A stretch of 64,000 bases of DNA from an uncultured delta proteobacterium (GTDB taxonomy: Bacteria; Myxococcota; Myxococcia; Myxococcales; Myxococcaceae), in the NCBI GenBank assembly GCA_963771175.1, contig CAVYSY010000039.1, positions 288,001 through 352,000 on the forward strand, read 5' to 3'. Within the stretch, counting starts at the first letter, position 1; the number at the start of each line of letters is the position of its first letter. A program made the translations under genes and the position numbers. The notes below the pieces were generated by a model. The model saw only the letters and a list, made by a program, of their open reading frames with translations, searched no databases and was not told the origin of the DNA. Shown here piece by piece: positions 56,357 through 64,000 of the stretch.

Positions 56357-56680
56357 ATGGCGGGGCTGGAGATTCACCAGGAAGAACTCGCGGGGCGGTT
56401 GACCCTGCGACTCAAGGGCACTCTGGATGGCCGGACCGCGATGCAACTGCGCAGCTCGCTGGAGGAGCTGGGAGCGCGGGAAGTGGTGGTGGACTTCACC
56501 CATCTGCGCGAGTTCCGTGACTCGGCGGTGGCGGTGCTCACCCACGGGTTGAGGGAGCGCAAGGTGCAGTTCCGCGGTCTGGCCGGGCACCACGAGCGGA
56601 TGTTCCGCTACTTCGGCCTGAGCACCGGGAGCGTCGCGCCGCCGCGCGCGTACTACACCCCGGAAGAAGTCCTGGCCTGA
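56357..56680 (+). CDS. STAS domain protein (anti-sigma antagonist-like)
   Basis: LRLKGTLDG, VVVDFTHLREFRDSAV; AGGAG RBS. Confidence 0.85.
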   Translation: MAGLEIHQEELAGRLTLRLKGTLDGRTAMQLRSSLEELGAREVVVDFTHLREFRDSAVAVLTHGLRERKVQFRGLAGHHERMFRYFGLSTGSVAPPRAYYTPEEVLA

Positions 56681-56712
56681 GGACCTCTGAAGTCCTGCGC
56701 CTGAGGACCTCT
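56666..56712. repeat. 23/24-bp tandem duplication across the STAS stop codon
   Basis: GAAGTCCTGGCCTGAGGACCTCT then GAAGTCCTGCGCCTGAGGACCTCT. Confidence 0.85.
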
Positions 56713-56720
56713 GCAGGTCA

Positions 56721-56752
56721 GCCACCCCGGGAGCCGGGGCTTCCGGGGCGGC
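56721..56752 (+). terminator. GC-rich hairpin after STAS gene
   Basis: GCCACCCCGGGAGCC-gg-GGCTTCCGGGGCGGC; no U-tract. Confidence 0.45.
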
Positions 56753-56778
56753 ACGGCTGGGGTAGAGTGCGCCGCCAG

Positions 56779-57764
56779 ATGAACTCCCCTGCTCGAGCCG
56801 TCACTCCCCTCCCCTCCGCCGCCACCGCGCGCGCCACGCTGGAGCGCGTGGCGACGAACCTGTCCCTCGCGGTGCAGGGCAAGGAGAAGGAGGTCCGCCT
56901 CGCCGTCACCTGCGTGGTCGCCGGCGGGCACCTGCTGCTGGAGGACGTCCCCGGCGTGGGCAAGACCACGCTGGCCGAGGCCCTGGCCCGCTCCTGCGCC
57001 CTCTCCTTCGCGCGCGTCCAGTTCACCGCCGACCTGATGCCGGCCGACATCCTCGGCGCGCAGGTCTTCCACGCCCAGAGCGCCACCTTCACACTTCCGG
57101 CCCGGCCCCCTCTTCCGCCAGCTGGTGCTGGCCGACGAGCTCAACCGCGCGCCGCCGCGCACCCAGTCCGCGCTGCTCGAGGCCATGGCCCAGGGACAGG
57201 TGTCCCTGGATGGCACCACCCACACCGCTGCCCCGCCCCTTCACGGTGGTGGCCACGCAGAACCCGGTGGACTTCTCCGGCACCTATCCCCTGCCCGACT
57301 CGCAGCTCGACCGCTTCCTCATGCGCCTGTCGCTGGGCCACCCCGCCCCCGAGGTGGAGGCCCGCCTGCTGCACCACCCGCGACGGCTCCTCGCCGGTCG
57401 AGGCGCTGCAGGCGGTGACCATCGCCCAGGAGCTGATCGCGCTGCGCGCGCTGGTGGCCGCGCAGCGCCTGGACGACACCGTGGCCGACTACGTGGTGCG
57501 GCTGGCCCAGGCCACGCGCACCCACGGCGACATCGAGCGCGGCGCCTCCACCCGCGCGGTGCTCGCGCTGGGCATGGCCGCGCGCGCCCAGGCCCTCTGG
57601 GAGTCGCGCGACTTCGTGACGCCCGGGGACGTGCGGGCGGTGCTCGGGCCCGTGTCTGGCCCACCGGCTCCTGCTGCGCAGCGCCGACCAGGGCGCCTTC
57701 TCCCGCGACGAGGCCGCCCACCTCCTGGAGGAGGTCGCCGCGGAAGGTGCCGGCCCCCCGGTGA
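56779..57764 (+). CDS. MoxR family AAA+ ATPase (several apparent frameshifts)
   Basis: [53 protein letters not shown]. Confidence 0.93.
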
Positions 57765-58735
57765 GGCCCCGCCCGCCCTCGCCGTGGCGCCGCCTCCGCG
57801 GCCGCCCTCCGCCCTCCGCGCACCCTCAAGGTGACGCGCATCGGGCCGCACGTACCTCGTGGTCACGTTCGGCGTGGGCCTCGGCGCGCTCAACACCGGC
57901 AACAACCTGCTCTACCTGCGTGCTGGGCCTGCTGCTGAGCGTCGATCATCCTCTCCGGCGTGCTCTCCGAGCGCTGCCTGAAGGACTTGACCGTGCGGCG
58001 CGTGGGCACCGACGGGCCTTCGCCGGCGAGCCCTTCGCCTTCCGCTGGGCGCTGCAGCCGCCGCAAGGGGCACGCCTTCGCCCTCACCCTGTCCGAGGTC
58101 GGACTCGCCCCTGCACCGGCGAGGGCCGGCGTGGGCTACCTGCCGGCGGGCGTGGAGCACGTGGTGCGGGCGGACCTCACCGCGCCCCGGCGAGGCCCGC
58201 TGACAGCTGACGGGCGTGCGCGTCACCACCACCTGGCCGCTGGGCCTCTTCGCCAAGACGCGCGTCTTCGCGCTGGAGGGCACGCTGCTCGTCTACCCGC
58301 GGCGGGGCTTCGCGTGTGCGAGATCCGCGGCGAGGCGGCCGTGGGGCACGTGGGCGAGGCCGGCAACCCCCACCGGCTGGACGGCACCGGGGATCGTGGC
58401 GGGGCTGCGCGAGCTCGGCGAGGACGAGGACGCGCGGCGCGTGCACTGGTTGAAGAGCGCCTCCGCGGGGAAGCTCCTCCGGGTGGAGCGCGAGCGCGAG
58501 GAGCGGCGCACCGTACATCCTCGAGGTGCAGGCCGGGCTGACGGGTGAGGCGCTGGAGCGGCGCTGCGAGGAGGTGGCGGCACAGGCCCACCGGCTGCTC
58601 GAGGCCGGCCACGAGGTGGGGCTGGAGGTGCCGAGCCACCGGCTGCGTCCGGGCGCGGGCAACGGCCAGGAGCGCGGCATCCTCCGGGCGCTGGCCTGGC
58701 TGGGCTTCGAGGAGCAGCGGGAGGAGGCGGCATGA
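57761..58735 (+). CDS. DUF58 family protein (several apparent frameshifts)
   Basis: [22 protein letters not shown]...[15 protein letters not shown] and ATGA coupling to neighbours. Confidence 0.85.
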
Positions 58736-60772
58736 GCGCAACCCAACCGGCTGCGACTCGTCCTGCGCGACCTCGCGACGGGCTCGCGCCTTCGCCTCCA
58801 TGGCCGTGTCCGGGCAGCTCCCGCTGTGGGTCGCTGGGGCTCGTCGCCACGTCGCTGCTGGTGGCGCTGGTAGGACGGCGCCCCTTCGCCCGAGCGCCCC
58901 GGCTGACGGCGGCGCTGCTGCTGCCCCTGGCGGGCGCGCTCTACCTCGCGGTGGGCGCGGGACAGATGGACCTGGTGGTGGCCGCCTGCTCCTTCGCGGG
59001 GCTCGTCGCCAGCCAGCGGCTGCTGTCCGCGACCAGTGCCGCCACGGACGGGCAGGTGCTACCTGGCCGGCCTGCTGATGATCGCCGGCGGCGCGGCGCT
59101 CTCCGGTGAGCTGCTCTTCGCGGTGTGCCTCACGGCCTTCGCGGTGCTGGCGAGCCTCGCGCTGGGGCTGGGCGTGGTGGAGGCGGCGGTGCCGGCGGGC
59201 GAGCCGGTGCCCGTGCGCGCGGTGATGCGGCCGCTGGCCCTGGGCGTGGTCTTCGCGGTGACCGGCGCGGTGGCCTTCTTCATCCTCTTCCCGCGCCGTC
59301 AACTGGAACGTGGGCGCGCGCCGGGCGACACCGGGACTCGGCGTGGCCACGAGCGGCTTCTCCGACGACGGTGCGGCTGGGCGGCTCGGGCACCCTCAAG
59401 AGCAACCCCCGCGTCGTGCTGAGGGCGACGCTCGACGCCGGATCCCGGCCACCGAGCAGCTCGGGGCGTACTGGCTGGGCCGCACCTTCGACACCTTCGA
59501 CGGCACGGAGTGGTCGACGATCGGCGCCTCCCAGCAAGCGCCGTCGCACGCGCGTGACGCTGCGCCCGGGCGCGGAAGAACAGGTGCACCAGCGGATCGA
59601 GCTGCTGCCGGCCTACGGCAGCCGCACGCTGATCGCCCTGGAGACGCCGGCGAAGCTGGGCAACGCCCTGGCGCACACGCCCACGGGCAACCGGCGCACC
59701 ACCCTGCAGGAGCTGGGTGGGGACGAGCTGCGCTTCGTGCAGGAGGGGCTCGGGTACGAGTACGAGGCGTACAGCGTGCCACCGGGCACGGACACGGACC
59801 CGGGCAAGCTGGATCAGCTCGAGCACGATCAGCTCCTGGCGCTGCCGGACAACCTGGATCCGCGCGTCACCGAGCTGGCGGGCCGGGTGGTGGGCACCGA
59901 GCAGGATCCCCTGGCCGCGGCGCAACAAGCTGTCGAGCTGGCTGCAGCGCGAGTACCAGTACACGCTGGAGCTGGGCGGGGACGTGGCGGATCCGCTGAC
60001 GGACTTCCTCTTCGTGCGCAAGGCGGGCCACTGCGAGCACTTCGCCACGGCGCTCACGGTGATGCTGCGCACCCAGGGGTTCCAGGCCCGGCTGGCCACG
60101 GGCTTCTTCGGCGGCGAGCGCGTGGCGGACGAGTACATCGTGCGCGCCGGAGACGCCCACGCGTGGACGCACGTGCTGGTGCCCGGGCGCGGCTTCGTCA
60201 CGGTGGACGCCACGCCCCCGGCGTTCCGCCCCAGCCAGTCGCTGGAGCTGCTCGAGTCGCTCGTCTCCATGTACGAGGCGCTCGAGTCGGCCTGGCGCCG
60301 GTCCGTCGTCGACTACACGTTCCGCGACCAGATGGACTTCATGCGCGACCTGACGCGCCCGCCGCGCGAGCCGGGGCCGGGCAAGGAGCGGCTGCGACTG
60401 CCGCCGCTGCGCGCCTGGGGCCTGGCGGCGCTGGTGGGCGCGGGCGTGTACTGGACGTGGATGTACCTGTCGCGGCGCAAGCCCCGGGCGCGGGCGCTCG
60501 AGGCGACACGCTTCGTGGACGCGGTGGAGCGCCAGCTCGCGACGGTGGGCGTGCGCCCCGCTGACGGAGAGACCCTGGAAGACGTCTCCGCCCGCCTCAC
60601 GCGGGAGGAGCACCCGCTGGCGCCCACGGTGACGCCCCTCACACGGCGCTATCTGGAGGCGCGCTTCGGCCAGCGCCCGTTGCGGCCCGGAGAGGCCGCG
60701 CTGCTGCTGAAGGACCTGAAGCGCGCCACCGAGGCCCTGCGCCAGCAGGCCCCGAAGGCCCGCGCCTCCTAG
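58732..60772 (+). CDS. Transglutaminase TgpA-like membrane protein (DUF3488-transglutaminase; several apparent frameshifts)
   Basis: N-terminal TMs, FILFPR, YWLGRTFDTFDG, GHCEHFATA, HAWT..V...GFVTVDATP. Confidence 0.9.
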
Positions 60773-61103
60773 CGCTCTCGCACGCATCCCTCCGAGCCCC
60801 TGTTCGCCCGTCCGCTGCCCGAGGGCGCGTCGGTGCCACGCCCGAGGACGTGCAGGGCCTGTGGAGGATGGCCAGCCTCCCGATCACCGGTCGGGACGAA
60901 GGAGGCGAACCCCCTCTCAGGCCCCGCCCGGCGTTCCATCGCGCGGAGGTACCCGAGCCTCCGAGGCAGAGGAGATTTCTTCCAGCCTCGGTTGCCCGAT
61001 GGAGCCAGACCCGTCCCGTGACTTCTACGGGCTTACCGTCCACCCCAGTGCGGTCGCATCGGCCAGTATGCATTGCGACTGGTGAAATCCCGTGTGGCAG
61101 GCG

Positions 61104-61119
61104 TGGCACCATCGTTGCT
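61104..61119 (+). promoter_or_regulatory. Sigma54 -24/-12 promoter of the sigma factor gene
   Basis: TGGCACCATCGTTGCT, near-perfect consensus, about 80 bp upstream of the ATG. Confidence 0.8.
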
Positions 61120-61198
61120 CTAGCCACCGTCCATCAGGTTGTCACGCGGACCCAAACCTCTTCTCACCGGCCTCGGCGAGGCCACGTCGGGAGAATCC

Positions 61199-62099
<901 letters not shown>

Positions 62100-62125
62100 T
62101 CCTGAGATTTCTGGGGGCAAGCAAG

Positions 62126-62169
62126 CGAGTCGCCTCCACTCCGATGAGGAGTGGGGGCGCTCGTGTTTT
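62126..62169 (+). terminator. Intrinsic terminator after the sigma factor
   Basis: CGAGTCGCCTCCACTCC-gatga-GGAGTGGGGGCGCTCG followed by TGTTTT. Confidence 0.7.
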
Positions 62170-62262
62170 CAGGGACGCACTCGCGAGGCGCTCGTGGAGC
62201 CGCGAGCCGCGGCGTCTGCTACATACGAGGGCCGTCGTTCCCCCGCAGTGAGGAGAGCGCCC

Positions 62263-64000
62263 GTGTCCCACGGCCAACCGCCGATCTCCGAGGACCGCGT
62301 CCCCATCGCCCAGAGCGAGCAGGTCATCGCGCACACGCCCTACGTCCCGGCCACCGAGTCGCGCCCGGAGCTGACGCTGCGCGGGCTGGTGCTGGGCTCG
62401 GTGCTGGGAATCATCTTCGCCGCCTCGTCGGTGTACCTGGCGGTGAAGGTGGGCCTGACGGTGTCCGCCTCCATCCCGGTGGCGGTGCTGTCCATCGCGA
62501 TCTTCCGGGCGCTGGGTCGCTCCAACATCCTCGAGAACACCATCGTCCAGACGACGGGCTCGGCCGGCGAGTCGCTCGCCTTCGGCGTGGCGGCGGCGCA
62601 TTCCCGCGCTGCTGCTGCTGGGCTACGACATCGATCTCCTGCACGCCTTCCTGGTGGCGTCGCTCGGCGGCGTGCTGGGGGTGCTGATGATGATTCCGCT
62701 GCGCGCACGGACTCATCGTCCAGGAGCACGGCAAGCTCGCCTACCCCGAGGGCACCGCCTGCGCGGACGTGCTGATCGTCGGCGAGGAGGGCGGGACCAA
62801 CGCGCGCACGGTCATCCTCGGCTTCGCGGTGGGCGGCCTGTACAAGTTGGCCTACGCGGGCCTGCAGCTCTTCAGGGAGGTCGTGGGCACGGCCCTGAGC
62901 TGGGTGAAGACGACGGCCGACCGGAGCGGCGCAGCGGGTGGGCTACGCGGGCGGCTCGCTGTCCATGGAGGTCAGCCCGGAGTTGCTCGGCGTGGGCTAC
63001 ATCATCGGCCCGCAGCGTAGCCTCCATCACCTTCGCCGGTGGCGTGCTCAGCTACCTCATCCTCATTCCCGCTCATCACCTTCTTCGGCAGCGGGCTGGA
63101 GCAGCCGCTGTTACGCGCCGGACGGCACGCTCATCCGGAACATGGACCCGGACACGGTGCGCGACGCATACGTGCTGTACATCGGCGCGGGAGCGGTGGC
63201 CACGGGCGGCCTCATCAGCCTCATCCGCTCGCTGCCCACCATCGTCGACGCCTTCCGGCGCGGCCTGGACACCTTCATGGCCTCGCGCGGCAAGGGACAG
63301 GCGCCGGTGATGCTGCGCACCGAGCAGGACCTGCCCATCACCGTGGTGGTGGTGGGCAGCGTGCTCCTGGTGCTGGCCATCTGGCTGGCACCGCCGCTGC
63401 ACATCAACCTCCTGTCCGCGGTGCTGATCGTGGTGTGCGGCTTCTTCTTCGTGACGGTGAGCGCGCGGATCACCGGGGAGATCGGCTCCTCGTCCAACCC
63501 CATCTCCGGCATGGTGGTGGCCACGCTGCTGCTCACCTGCCTGGTGTACCTGCTGCTGGGGTGGACGAGCGCCGAGGACCGCTTCATGGCGCTCACCACG
63601 GCGGCCATCGTGGGGATCGCCGCCTCCAACGGGGGCACCACGGCGCAGGACCTGAAGACGGCCTTCCTGGTGGGAGGCACGCCGAGGCGGCAGCAGGTGG
63701 CGCTCTTCGTGGGCGTGCTCACCAGTGCCGCTCTTCATCGGGCGGGTGCTGGTGGTGCTCAACCGGGGCGCCACCGCCATCATCCCCGAGTCGTACCCGG
63801 GCCAGAGGGTGAGCGTGGTGAGCGAGGAGACGCGGCTCCAGCAGACCTACGGCTGGGCGATCTCCGAGGAAGTGCTGGCGGCGAAGGGCGTGAAGCTGGC
63901 GGAGCTGAAGGGCCCCTTCTGGAAGCAGGGCCTCGAGGTGGCGCAGCGGCAGGGAGGAGCCATCGAGCTGCGGAGCTGGAACGCGCTGCCGGTGGAGCGC
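62263..64000 (+). CDS. OPT family oligopeptide transporter, runs off the right edge (apparent frameshifts)
   Basis: [18 protein letters not shown] motif ([14 protein letters not shown]), [39 protein letters not shown]. Confidence 0.93.

Noticed and set aside
56779..60772. MoxR-DUF58-transglutaminase trio as a new system
   Set aside because: Widely known conserved operon.

Overview
High-GC window from a fruiting myxobacterium (Myxococcales; Archangium/Cystobacter-like by gene content, inferred). Bases 1-16 kb form a patchwork accessory region: FAD-linked oxidase, giant kinase-cyclase-STAND-TPR protein, WYL/YafY-VOC pair, fasciclin, alpha-amylase, SnoaL, Cys-rich secreted protein, SDR beside a hemolysin-III remnant, and dacB. 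Bases 16-36 kb carry a second STAND kinase and core genes (carB, class I aminotransferase, coaD, rsmD, CDF transporter, PocR sigma54 activator, typA). Bases 39-51 kb hold a complete eight-gene Glt-paralogue operon in the order A-H, matching the nfsA-H spore-coat machinery. It is followed by a stand-alone rplC, a lytic transglycosylase-STAS pair, a MoxR/DUF58/transglutaminase operon, an RpoH-like sigma factor (SigB-like) and a partial OPT transporter. Sigma54 -24/-12 elements precede nfsA, nfsF, the transglycosylase, the sigma factor and an orphan 523-aa effector-like gene, suggesting a sigma54-coordinated sporulation neighbourhood. Dozens of apparent single-base insertions break genes, including the essential rplC, and are most likely assembly errors. 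I saw no tRNA, rRNA, CRISPR array or transposase. All family calls come from motif recognition by eye; no database search was run.
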